Of a stretch of 64,000 bases of DNA, positions 31,433 to 40,942 are shown piece by piece; the first letter of the stretch is position 1; every line of letters begins with the position of its first letter. Below the pieces are notes generated by a model that was given only the letters and a program-made list of their open reading frames with translations, was not told where the DNA came from and searched no databases. The stretch is from an uncultured bacterium (lineage in GTDB: Bacteria; Fidelibacterota; Marinisomatia; Marinisomatales; UBA1611). The stretch lies in assembly GCA_965660855.1 (NCBI GenBank), contig CBFIBM010000001.1, positions 320,001 to 384,000 on the forward strand. Reading direction: 5' to 3'. The position numbers and the translations under genes were made by a program.

Positions 31433-32284
31433 ATGAAGAAAGAACTTAAATTCTTAAAACTTACATTACTAATTGCTTTAATATCATTCAGTTGTGAAGA
31501 TACAGAAATAAATAGAAATTTTAGTTCAGTTCCAACTGTTTTTACAAAAAAAGTTCTATTAGAAGAATTTACAGGTTCATGGTGTGGATACTGTCCAGAT
31601 GGAGCAGAAAGACTGGAAGAGTTAGTCAATGATTATGATGTAGTCGGTGTTGCCATTCATTCTCAGGATGCTATGGAAATACAACATGGAGTATATCTTG
31701 AAGAAGTTTATCCAATGTCTGGTTACCCTGGTGGTATGGTTGATAGAATTTCTTATGAAGGGTATGTGGGGCATAATAGAGGATGGTGGTCATGGCTTGC
31801 TGATCAGCAATTACAAAAAAGTGCAGTTTGTGGTCTGGCTATAAATTCTCAAGTTAGCGGTGATAAAGCAAATATTGAGGTTAGGTATGCCTTTAATACT
31901 GAAGTTATATTAGAAAATCATAAATTAAATGTTTACCTAGTGGAGGATAATGTTCAAGGAGAAGGATATGGTTTCGATCAACGAAATTATTATAATTCCG
32001 ATACTTCAAGTACTTTCTTTAATCAGGGCGACCCTATCATAGGGTATCTACATAATAATACACTAAGAAATGCTATCTATCCAAATTCACTTGGGGAATC
32101 ATTGTTTGAAGAAAGTTTAACCAATATGGCTTTTGCAAGTTTTTTTCAAATAGATATATCAAATTATAATAAAAAAAACTTGAAAGTTGTTGCTTTCATT
32201 ACAAAGGTTGGAGAAAGCGTACTTGATCATGAAGTTCTTAACGTTCAAAAATGCGATGTTGATGGATTTCAGGACTGGGACTAA
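31433..32284 (+). CDS. Omp28-related lipoprotein with thioredoxin-like CxxC
   Basis: Lipobox FSC; KVLLEEFTGSWCGYCPDG, AIH, GYPGGMVDR, YLVED, HNNTLR. Confidence 0.8.
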   Translation: MKKELKFLKLTLLIALISFSCEDTEINRNFSSVPTVFTKKVLLEEFTGSWCGYCPDGAERLEELVNDYDVVGVAIHSQDAMEIQHGVYLEEVYPMSGYPGGMVDRISYEGYVGHNRGWWSWLADQQLQKSAVCGLAINSQVSGDKANIEVRYAFNTEVILENHKLNVYLVEDNVQGEGYGFDQRNYYNSDTSSTFFNQGDPIIGYLHNNTLRNAIYPNSLGESLFEESLTNMAFASFFQIDISNYNKKNLKVVAFITKVGESVLDHEVLNVQKCDVDGFQDWD

Positions 32285-32293
32285 TAGTTAGAA

Positions 32294-32533
32294 ATGGATT
32301 TTATATCAGTAGAAACGTTGGGCTGGCTTGCATTTTTTTTTCTACTAATAGGTTATTATCTAAACTCACAGATTGATAAAAATTGTTTCTATTATTGGGC
32401 TTTAGGGAACATATTGTATGCAATATATGGTTTCTCTGTTAACGCTGTGCCTATAATTGCTACAAGTATTTTAATCTTAGGTATGAATATTTATGGTTAC
32501 ATCAATTGGGATAAAATAAAAAAAATATCATAA
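32294..32533 (+). CDS. Small 3-TM membrane protein
   Basis: LGW..., W..GN, NIYGY..W pattern. Confidence 0.55.
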   Translation: MDFISVETLGWLAFFFLLIGYYLNSQIDKNCFYYWALGNILYAIYGFSVNAVPIIATSILILGMNIYGYINWDKIKKIS

Positions 32534-32537
32534 TATC

Positions 32538-33236
32538 ATGAAAAATAAAAACATAATCATCACAGGCGGTAATAAAGGGATTGGCTTTGGTCTCGTAAAA
32601 AAACTATCTGAAAAACATAATATTATATTTACAGTTCGATCCAAGAAAAAGGGAGAAAAAACGTTAAATTCTTTGATAAATGTCCATAGTATACCAAAGT
32701 ATGTTATAATGGATGTCACATCCTCATCCTCTGTGAATAGAGGATTTGAATTAATTAATGAATCTATGGGATCTATTGATATCCTTATAAACAATGCTGG
32801 GATTTTAATCCCTGGCTTAAAGTCTAATATACCTGCTATTGATACAAATGAAGACGATATCTTAAAAACATTCAATACAAACACAATGGGAGTATTGCGA
32901 GTTACAAAATCCGCAGTTCCATTGATGAAAAAAGAATCTATGGTACTTAATATTTCAAGTGGTATGGGACAGTTAGAAGATATGGGAACTGGTTCTGCTG
33001 CTTATCGATTATCGAAAACAGCCTTAAATGCTCTTACTGTGATATTAGCATCTGAACTGAAAGCTAAAAGTATATACGTGAATGCTATTTGCCCCGGTTG
33101 GGTTCAAACTGATATGGGCGGAGAAAACGCAGAATTAACTGTGGATGAATCTGTAAGTAAAATTATTAAATTTATTTATTCTGATTCAATCCCTAATGGT
33201 AAGTTTCTCAGAAATGGTAAAATACTACCATGGTAA
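32538..33236 (+). CDS. SDR-family (carbonyl reductase-like) oxidoreductase
   Basis: TGGNKGIG, NNAG, YRLSK, CPGWVQTDMGG. Confidence 0.92.
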   Translation: MKNKNIIITGGNKGIGFGLVKKLSEKHNIIFTVRSKKKGEKTLNSLINVHSIPKYVIMDVTSSSSVNRGFELINESMGSIDILINNAGILIPGLKSNIPAIDTNEDDILKTFNTNTMGVLRVTKSAVPLMKKESMVLNISSGMGQLEDMGTGSAAYRLSKTALNALTVILASELKAKSIYVNAICPGWVQTDMGGENAELTVDESVSKIIKFIYSDSIPNGKFLRNGKILPW

Positions 33237-33415
33237 TGAATATTTTATATTTTTAGATTATTTCTTATTTTTTCTTAAAAATTAAGTCTTTTAATGTTTT
33301 TTTAATTAATTAACACCGTATAAGTTATTTTTCATTAGATTATATTATTAATTTTTATTGATAAAAATGTAATTTGTCAAATTTATTTTTCTAATTTTAA
33401 ATTAAGAGGTTAATC

Positions 33416-35569
33416 ATGTTTAATTTAATTAAACTATTTATTGTACTGTTTTCCCTAAATCTTTTCGCAAATACTCTGAATGTTTCAGTGAATGGTAACA
33501 ATGAAACTGGTGATGGTTCATTCGATAATCCATACGCTACAATTCAAAAAGGAGTAGATGAAGCCAGTCCAAATGACACAGTTTATGTATTTGACGGAAT
33601 ATATGATGGAGGAATTATCATCAATGATAAACCACTGACCTTGCTTGGGCAATCCAGAGAAGAAACAAAGATTAATATTATTAGAAGTACCCCCCAAATT
33701 TCTATTATAGATGTTCAAGATGACATGGTTAAAATTGCTAATTTTAGGATTAAAAGAGGTAGTTCAGATCGTGGGGGTGGCATCTATTCAAAAAATTCAA
33801 AGGTAATGATCAGTAACAGTGATTTTTCACATAACATTTCTAGTTCAAATGGTGGGGCAATATATGCTGATCGATCAGAAATTGAAATTGATAACTCTTT
33901 ATTTTTTCTAAATTCATCAGACTCTCTTGGTGGCTCAATATATGCTCACAAAACAAAATTAGTTCTTCATGACCTAGAATTACGAAATAACAGTGCAGTG
34001 GCAGGTGGTGCTATTGGTTTAGATACTCTATCTCATTGTTTAGTAAATAATTCTGAAATCTTTAATAATGGCGCGAATGTAGGTGGTGGAATTGCCGTTT
34101 TTGATGGTGGTAAGCTTAGTATTCTAAATTCAGATATTTATGGTAATAATGCAAATGCCGTGGGAGGTGTAATTCCACAACACTCTGATCCAGATAATTT
34201 TCCATTGTATGGGGGTGGTGGCGGTTTATATCAACAGTTCTCTGATAGTTTAATTATTAAAAATTCTAACTTTGATAATAATACGGCACCCACTGGGATA
34301 GGTGGTGGCCTTGCTATCTATTATAGTAAGGATATTGAATTAGAAAACGTAAATATTAATGGCAATGAATCAGGCGGAGCTGGAGGTGGTATTTGTTTTT
34401 TACGTTCAGATTATATTAATTACAATGGTGGTGTAATTAGAGATAATAGATCAAATTCTAACAGTGGTGGAGGTATCCATTTAGGAACCGAATCTTTTGA
34501 TGCTTCAATTATAGTTAATGCTACATTTAGTAGATTAGATTTTATTAATAATTATGCACAGGTTGGAGGTGGTGGTCTAATGTTATGGTCAGCCCGAGTG
34601 AATGTCTACAACTCAACATTCTCTCAAAATGAAGCAAATGATAATGATGGAACCTCTAGTTGGAGCGGTGGTGGTTTATCATCTCACTCCGTAGCTGAGC
34701 CAAATATAATAAATTCTATATTTTATAATAATTATCCCAACTCATTACATCATCCATCTACAACTTCAAACATGAGCGTAAAGTATTCTCTTCTTGAAGA
34801 GTTTCATAGCGGAGTAGAAAATCTTATTGAGATTGATCCTCTATTCAAAGATCCCGAAGGTGGCGATTTTACTCTGCAACCAAATAGCCCATGTATTGAT
34901 GCTGGGATGTCTGATTTTGATTATGATGGTATTGATGAAATCAATGATTATTTAGGTTCAGCTCCGGATATGGGTTCTACCGAATTTATGCTCGATCCCC
35001 CATTGGGTTTTAACGGATTTATATTAGATTCATCTGTAGTTCTAACTTGGTTACATATTACAGATCCAGGTTTTCAATACTATAAAATTGAACAATCGAA
35101 TGACTCTTTATTTAATGACGAAGTATTAGAGTTATATATCACTGAGAATACACATACCACTGAAAACCTTAATTTTGATTCAACGTATTTTTTCAGAGTT
35201 TCTGCATTTGTTGGATACTGGACAGATTATTCTCCAGTATTAGCTTTTACTCTTGAAACTTTAGAATTGGAAAAGAACATGTTACATGCTCAGGAATTTA
35301 ATGTAAGTCAAAACTTCCCAAATCCATTCAATCCAATTACTTCGATTCAATATACCATACCAGTAAATGGATTTGTAGATATCATTATTTACGATATGAA
35401 AGGTAGAGTGGTAAAAAACTTAAAGAGTGATTATGAAGTTGCAGGAACCAAATCTATTCGGTGGAATGCAACAGATAACTTCGGTTCGTCTGTTCCTACT
35501 GGAATGTACATTTATAGTGTCAAAGCTGGACCATTTCTGAAAAATACAAAAATGATTTTACTGAAGTAA
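33416..35569 (+). CDS. Secreted right-handed beta-helix (DUF1565/PMP-like GGAI repeats) + FN3 + C-terminal sorting domain
   Basis: GDGSFDNPYATIQKG, repeated GGAIY/GGGL, DPLF..DFTLQPNSPCIDAG, YFFRVSA, QNFPNPFNP. Confidence 0.8.
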   Translation: MFNLIKLFIVLFSLNLFANTLNVSVNGNNETGDGSFDNPYATIQKGVDEASPNDTVYVFDGIYDGGIIINDKPLTLLGQSREETKINIIRSTPQISIIDVQDDMVKIANFRIKRGSSDRGGGIYSKNSKVMISNSDFSHNISSSNGGAIYADRSEIEIDNSLFFLNSSDSLGGSIYAHKTKLVLHDLELRNNSAVAGGAIGLDTLSHCLVNNSEIFNNGANVGGGIAVFDGGKLSILNSDIYGNNANAVGGVIPQHSDPDNFPLYGGGGGLYQQFSDSLIIKNSNFDNNTAPTGIGGGLAIYYSKDIELENVNINGNESGGAGGGICFLRSDYINYNGGVIRDNRSNSNSGGGIHLGTESFDASIIVNATFSRLDFINNYAQVGGGGLMLWSARVNVYNSTFSQNEANDNDGTSSWSGGGLSSHSVAEPNIINSIFYNNYPNSLHHPSTTSNMSVKYSLLEEFHSGVENLIEIDPLFKDPEGGDFTLQPNSPCIDAGMSDFDYDGIDEINDYLGSAPDMGSTEFMLDPPLGFNGFILDSSVVLTWLHITDPGFQYYKIEQSNDSLFNDEVLELYITENTHTTENLNFDSTYFFRVSAFVGYWTDYSPVLAFTLETLELEKNMLHAQEFNVSQNFPNPFNPITSIQYTIPVNGFVDIIIYDMKGRVVKNLKSDYEVAGTKSIRWNATDNFGSSVPTGMYIYSVKAGPFLKNTKMILLK

Positions 35570-35628
35570 TCATTTGAACTTTTGAGATTAAAAGCAATAA
35601 AATTTGTATGTTAATGTTTAGACATTCT

Positions 35629-36828
35629 ATGAAGATACTATACAAAATTCCTTATCTTGCATTTTTAATAAGTTTGTTGCAATCTCAGGATGATTATAGT
35701 TTGGAGGATATTAATACAAACTCAACATCTTACGGAGACTCCATTGGAATTTCTTATTTTGAAAATAATGTAGTTATCCACTATTTTGGTCATTTTTATT
35801 GAGGGACTTGCACTGCCAGGTTTGGACAGTTAAATAGTCTATACGATGATTTTAAGTCTCAAGGTTTGAACATAGAATTAGTTGGAATTGGTAAAGATAG
35901 TCATCTTAGTAGTTTAAATAACTGGATAAGCGGAAACTCTGCACCTATTGTTGCAGATGAGAGCCCATTCAATGTTTGGAATAATTGGAACGCAGGACAA
36001 AGAGAAATGTTTATTACGGACTTAAGCGGTAATATTGTTTTTCAAGAAAATATAACAAGTGGTATTCCGGATACTCTTGAAGGATTTTTGTTAGATTTAT
36101 TATCATATAATAGTCCAAGCCTTTGTGAGTTAGGTGATGTGTATGTTTCAGAAGCTCATAACTCTGGAGACCCTGAAGATTATATTGAAATCTATAACTC
36201 AACTAATGAGGATTGTTCTCTTGAAGGATTTCAACTGGATGATTCAAGTTTATTAGATGATTTTACATTTGGAGAAGTTATTCTTTCTGCAGGTGGATAC
36301 TGGGTTGGATACGAAGATGACGATGATAGTTTTAGTTCGGGATTAAGTTCAGACGGTGATTCAGTTGTCTTTGCTGACCCTTCTGGTAATTATATAGTGA
36401 ATATCTTAGGACCATCAGAAGAATTCGAAGGGACTTCTTTGACTCACAATTTTTCATCTGATGGAGAGGCTTGTTATTCATTACCATCTCCGGGGTTGGA
36501 TAATGAAGAGTGTATTGTTTTAAAAGTAGATAATAATAGCCATTTAATTAGCACCTTTACATTATTTAATAATTACCCTAATCCATTTAATCCTAAGACT
36601 ACATTTCAATTTAGTTTGGAATATAAAAATTATATAAACATTAATATTATTAACCTTAAAGGCCATGAGGTAAAAAAAATATTAAGTAAAAAAATGGAAC
36701 CTGGTATATATTCCATTACATGGAATGCAACAGATAATAACAATGTCATAGTCCCTTCTGGAGTTTATTTTTATAAAGTTCAATCAGGAGCCTTCCATAA
36801 AACAAAAAAAATGATATTAATAAAATAG
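35629..36828 (+). CDS. Predicted selenoprotein: signal peptide + AhpC/TSA-like redoxin (UxxC) + lamin-tail domain + C-terminal sorting domain; TGA 35800-35802 read as Sec
   Basis: ORFs 35608..35802 and 35866..36828 share a frame with no other stop between them; reads VIHYFGHFY-TGA-GTCTARFGQLNSLYDDFKSQGLNIELVGIG; LTD DYIEIYN..SLEGFQLDD; NNYPNPFNP. Start could alternatively be 35608. Confidence 0.8.
35804..35840 (+). promoter_or_regulatory. Putative bacterial SECIS element
   Basis: Lower stem GACT/AGTC; upper stem ACTG-CCA / TGG-(A)-CAGT; apical loop GGTT starting 17 nt after the UGA. Confidence 0.65.
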
Positions 36829-36842
36829 CATAAAGGTTTTAC

Positions 36843-37115
36843 ATGAATAAATTATACATGCAGACGATTTTAATTCTAATATTTATGACATTTTCTTTAT
36901 CATGCGGCTCTCTTAATAAAGCTCATGGTGAATTGCATTACAACAATAACATATCAAAAGGTCAAGAACTCATTGATTTAAAAAAAGCTTTGGATGAAGG
37001 TGCTATTTCTAAAGATGAATTCGAATTAATGAAGGAAAAAGTGATAGATAATGAATACACAAAAGAAATTATTGATACTTCGAAGAATGGTATAAAAACT
37101 AAAATAGTTATTTAG
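36843..37115 (+). CDS. Small SHOCT-domain lipoprotein
   Basis: Lipobox LSC; ELIDLKKALDEGAISKDEFELMKEKVI. Confidence 0.75.
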   Translation: MNKLYMQTILILIFMTFSLSCGSLNKAHGELHYNNNISKGQELIDLKKALDEGAISKDEFELMKEKVIDNEYTKEIIDTSKNGIKTKIVI

Positions 37116-37121
37116 GTAAAT

Positions 37122-37907
37122 ATGATATCGATTAGATGTATCCTAATCTTAGTTATTTTTACAAAACTTCTATTCTCATCAAAAATTATTTATCAAGATT
37201 GTAATGAACCATTAGAGCCTCCTTACCATGGAACTATTTTTTTAGATCCAAATATCATCACAAAATTTGACAAGTCCTCTTTCGAGAAGATTGAGTATGT
37301 GGGTAAAGAAGAAAGAGTTATGTTTGATCGGAGATACGATGATTGGATAACCGTAGTACCCTTCATTTTTATAGCATCTTTTTCTGATAATTTAATTATT
37401 GAAGTCCAAGTTAATCCAGAATTTATTACAGTTAAAGATGCGAAAAATATAGCTTCAAAATATTGTATGCCTGTAGGACAACTACCAACTTCTTTAAGGT
37501 TGGAAGTTAAAACCATGTGGATACATCGAGGAATGAAGGCGTTTGGTGGTGGAAATCAAAATATTTTGATACATACAGATTGGTCTGAAATGCATTATGA
37601 AGATCAAGGAATTCTTGAGGAAACTCTTTTTCATGAAGCGACACATACTTCATTAGACGGCCTTTTTTCAGAGGATGAAAATTGGATCAATGCCCAAGAA
37701 AAAGATTGTAACTTTATTTCAACCTATGCTTTAGAAAATCCTGAAAGAGAGGATATTGCGGAAAGCTTTTTACCATTTTTTGTAATAAAATTCTTCCCAA
37801 ATCGTATACCAGCCTCCATGAACAAAACAATCCTTGAAACTATACCAGCAAGAATAAAATATTTTGATGATAAAGTTTTAGATTATTTTCCGTTAATAAT
37901 TGAATGA
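37122..37907 (+). CDS. Secreted putative zinc metallopeptidase-like protein
   Basis: Signal peptide; HEATH; ISTYA...REDIAESF. Confidence 0.6.
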   Translation: MISIRCILILVIFTKLLFSSKIIYQDCNEPLEPPYHGTIFLDPNIITKFDKSSFEKIEYVGKEERVMFDRRYDDWITVVPFIFIASFSDNLIIEVQVNPEFITVKDAKNIASKYCMPVGQLPTSLRLEVKTMWIHRGMKAFGGGNQNILIHTDWSEMHYEDQGILEETLFHEATHTSLDGLFSEDENWINAQEKDCNFISTYALENPEREDIAESFLPFFVIKFFPNRIPASMNKTILETIPARIKYFDDKVLDYFPLIIE

Positions 37908-38644
37908 AATTTCATCTATTTCTATTTTTAAACCTTATTTCAATACATAATTCTCATGCTATTAATGTTCATGTTTATGATAAAGAATCACAAAAACCTA
38001 TAGAGAGTGTAAACATATTTTCTGATCATAAAGGAGTTACAACAAATTTCAATGGTTTTTGTAACTTGGGAATTTTTAATGATGATGAAATAATAAATTT
38101 TTCATCAATCGGTTATAAACTTTTAAAAATTAAAAAGATAAATGTTTATGAAAATATTTATCTGGAAAGAGAAAATCTTTTATTGGATATGGTTCATGTG
38201 GTATCATTAAGTAAAGATGAAAAAAGAAAATATAATAGACTTGAATCAGATCTTAGAATTGTTCTCCCATATGCAAAAATGACTGCTAAACTAATAAAAG
38301 AGTATGAACCTGACCTTCTTAAGATAAATGAATATGTTTTTTATAAAAAATATTTTGGAAAAAAAAAGATTTTTAAAGCAATTGAGGATGATCTAATTAA
38401 AACTTATGGAAATAAGATTCGTAAATTAAAAAGAAGACAAGGGAGGCTATTAATCAAATTGATAGATAGAGAAACTAATAAAACATCTTTCACAATCATT
38501 AAAGAATTTAGAAATATTTTAACAGCAAGTTTTTGGCAATTAACAGCTAAAATTTTTGGACATAATTTAAAATCTTCTTATGATCCCAAAATTGGAAATA
38601 ACATTTATATTGAATACCTTATAAATAAGATAGAAAAAAGTTGA
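37904..38644 (+). CDS. DUF4294-family protein with N-terminal carboxypeptidase-regulatory-like domain
   Basis: GVTTNFNG, FSSIGYK; QGRLLIKLIDRET, FWQLTAKIFG.NLKS.YD. Confidence 0.75.
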   Translation: MKFHLFLFLNLISIHNSHAINVHVYDKESQKPIESVNIFSDHKGVTTNFNGFCNLGIFNDDEIINFSSIGYKLLKIKKINVYENIYLERENLLLDMVHVVSLSKDEKRKYNRLESDLRIVLPYAKMTAKLIKEYEPDLLKINEYVFYKKYFGKKKIFKAIEDDLIKTYGNKIRKLKRRQGRLLIKLIDRETNKTSFTIIKEFRNILTASFWQLTAKIFGHNLKSSYDPKIGNNIYIEYLINKIEKS

Positions 38645-39213
38645 AATTATTAATTTCATTTAAAATATTATTATTTAGTTATGCTTTTCTCTCAACCACC
38701 ATAAATGGAGAAAAAAATAATATACTTATTTACGATTTTCAAACTTCTAAACCTTCCAGGGATTGGTATATAGTCAATGATAATGTAATGGGAGGATATT
38801 CTAAAGGTTCTGTTTTAAAAAATAAAGATGGTAACGGAATTTTTACTGGAAAAATATCTCTTTACAATAATGGAGGTTTTAGTTCTGTAAGGTATAATTT
38901 TGAAAAAATAGAAGTTTCTTCACTTGATACTTTAATTTTTCATGTAAATGGAGATAATAATTATTATCAAATTCGAACCAAACATTCTTTTTATGATAGA
39001 CATGTATATACTAAAAAAACATTTATAAAAAAAGGATGGCATTTTGTAAAAGTTCCTTTAAATGAGATGAATGCTTCTTTTAGAGGTAGAAGGTTACGAA
39101 TGAATAATTTTGATAAATCTCAAATTATAGAAATAGGAATTTTATTTGGAAATAAAGTCCAAGAGAGTTTTAATTTAGAAATTGAATTTATTCGTCTAGG
39201 TAAATATAAATGA
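38641..39213 (+). CDS. CIA30-family protein
   Basis: WYIVNDNVMGGYS, NNGGFSSVR, FRGR. Confidence 0.88.
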   Translation: MKLLISFKILLFSYAFLSTTINGEKNNILIYDFQTSKPSRDWYIVNDNVMGGYSKGSVLKNKDGNGIFTGKISLYNNGGFSSVRYNFEKIEVSSLDTLIFHVNGDNNYYQIRTKHSFYDRHVYTKKTFIKKGWHFVKVPLNEMNASFRGRRLRMNNFDKSQIIEIGILFGNKVQESFNLEIEFIRLGKYK

Positions 39214-39357
39214 AGTTAAAATATGTTATTTGATTCCTTGAAAATATTTCTTAAGTGTATTGATTGAGTAGTAATGGAGTAGATAAACTATTTGAACTTT
39301 TGTTAAATTCAATGTAAGATTATCTATCTTATTAAAATTTTAGAAAAAAGGGTATAA

Positions 39358-40314
39358 ATGAAAGTTAAAATATCATTTTTAATAATTGTTTTTTTTGCAC
39401 TTAATTGTGCTGGTGATAAAACAAATAAAAAAGAAAGTGAAACTATAAATCAATTAAAAAATGATGAATCTCAAAAGGTGAAAGATGAAAAAAATGCTGC
39501 GCAACTAAAAGCTGAAAAAGATGCCGAAGCTAAAAAAATAGCGAAGCTAAAGGCTAAAAAAGAAGCGGATGCCAAAAAAAGTGCAGAGCGTAAAGTTAAA
39601 AAATTAGCTGAAGAAAAAAGACTTAGAGAATTAAAAGCTAAGAAAGATGCTGAAGCTAAAAAGTTAGCTGATTTAAAAGCCAAAGAAAAAGCAGAGGCTC
39701 AAAGGCTAGCTATTGAACAGTTAGCTAAAGAAGAAGCCAAACGTTTAGCAGAGAAAGAAGCCTTAAAAATTGCAGAACAATTATTAAAAGAAGCTGAAGC
39801 CAAAAAGCTTGCAGAGAGAGATCTTTCCAAACAGGTTGGTGAAATAAATTCTCAAGGTGAAAGAGATGGTAGTTGGGTTTTTTATAATAAAGAAGGTAAA
39901 AAAGAAAAAGAAATTAAATATGATAATGGGCAGGACACCCTATGGGTCTATTTTAATGATAAAGGACTAAAAGAACGTGAGGGGAAAAAAGTAGATGGAA
40001 AGGAAGAAGGAAGTTGGACTTTCTACAATGAAAAAGGGATAAAAGAAAGAGTCTCTGAACATAAATCAGGGAAAGAAGATGGTATTTATTCTTTGTGGCA
40101 TGAAAATGGTCAAAAGAAAGAAGAAGGACCATATAAAGGTGAGACAAGAATTGGTGAGTGGACTTGGTGGTATGAAAATGGAACTAAATGGCAAGAAGGA
40201 AGTTATCTTAATGGTCAAAGAAATGGTACTTGGAAAACTTGGAAAAGAAATGGAAAGCGGTGGAAGGATGAAACATTTGATAATGGTGAATTTGTCAGTC
40301 GAAAAAAATATTAA
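39358..40314 (+). CDS. Lipoprotein with Lys/Ala/Glu coiled repeats and MORN-variant (YwqK-like) repeats
   Basis: Lipobox LNC; LKAKKDAEAKK repeats; W(Y/H)ENG..K.EG.Y repeats. Confidence 0.75.
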   Translation: MKVKISFLIIVFFALNCAGDKTNKKESETINQLKNDESQKVKDEKNAAQLKAEKDAEAKKIAKLKAKKEADAKKSAERKVKKLAEEKRLRELKAKKDAEAKKLADLKAKEKAEAQRLAIEQLAKEEAKRLAEKEALKIAEQLLKEAEAKKLAERDLSKQVGEINSQGERDGSWVFYNKEGKKEKEIKYDNGQDTLWVYFNDKGLKEREGKKVDGKEEGSWTFYNEKGIKERVSEHKSGKEDGIYSLWHENGQKKEEGPYKGETRIGEWTWWYENGTKWQEGSYLNGQRNGTWKTWKRNGKRWKDETFDNGEFVSRKKY

Positions 40315-40362
40315 TAAAACCTATTAAAATAATTTTCTTATCTAAGTTTGGTAAATTAGAGA

Positions 40363-40839
40363 ATGGATACGTTTAGCCATGCCTTGTGGGGGAAAGGCTT
40401 ATTTGGATATCGTGGTTATGGAAAATCTGCCATATTTTTTGGTGCAATGCCAGACCTATCTTCATTTGGCTTATTATTTATTGTAAACTTGATCACGAGA
40501 AGTAACCAAGAATTTGGACCTCCTAAAATAAAAGATATCCCTGATTGGGTTTTTTTAAATTATGATGTAACACATAGTTTTGTTATTGCATTTGGGTGTT
40601 TGTTTTTTACTTATTTTATTAATAAAAGTTTTGCTTTTGCCATGTTAGCATGGCCGTTTCACATTTTATTAGACTTCCCATTTCATTCTAAAGCATATTT
40701 TCCAACAAAATTATTTTACCCTTTAACCAGTTTTTCTTTTGATGGCATTCCTTGGTCAAATCCAGAGGTGTGGTTCCCTAATATATCAGGGATAATAATT
40801 TTATTTATTTACAGATATAAATCAAACATTAGTGAATAA
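40363..40839 (+). CDS. Membrane-bound metal-dependent hydrolase-like protein (YdjM-like)
   Basis: MDTFSHALWG, MPDL, THS, HILLD. Confidence 0.65.
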   Translation: MDTFSHALWGKGLFGYRGYGKSAIFFGAMPDLSSFGLLFIVNLITRSNQEFGPPKIKDIPDWVFLNYDVTHSFVIAFGCLFFTYFINKSFAFAMLAWPFHILLDFPFHSKAYFPTKLFYPLTSFSFDGIPWSNPEVWFPNISGIIILFIYRYKSNISE

Positions 40840-40942
40840 TAATTCTTAAAAAATAAAACTTTATTAAAGTAACTTAAGTGAGGAATAATTAACATAATCT
40901 ATCAGACATACTATGCGTTCACTTAATTAGGAAAAATAGCCT

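Noticed and set aside
33237..33415. Very AT-rich intergenic stretch as an origin or ncRNA
   Set aside because: No DnaA-box cluster or stable structure seen; consistent with an ordinary promoter region.
35800..35802. TGA as Trp/Gly (genetic code 4 or 25) or as a simple nonsense mutation
   Set aside because: Many intact genes here end in TGA, often as ATGA/GTGA overlaps, and Trp is encoded by TGG. The position at the catalytic Cys plus a SECIS-like hairpin favours Sec, although a nonsense allele cannot be fully excluded.
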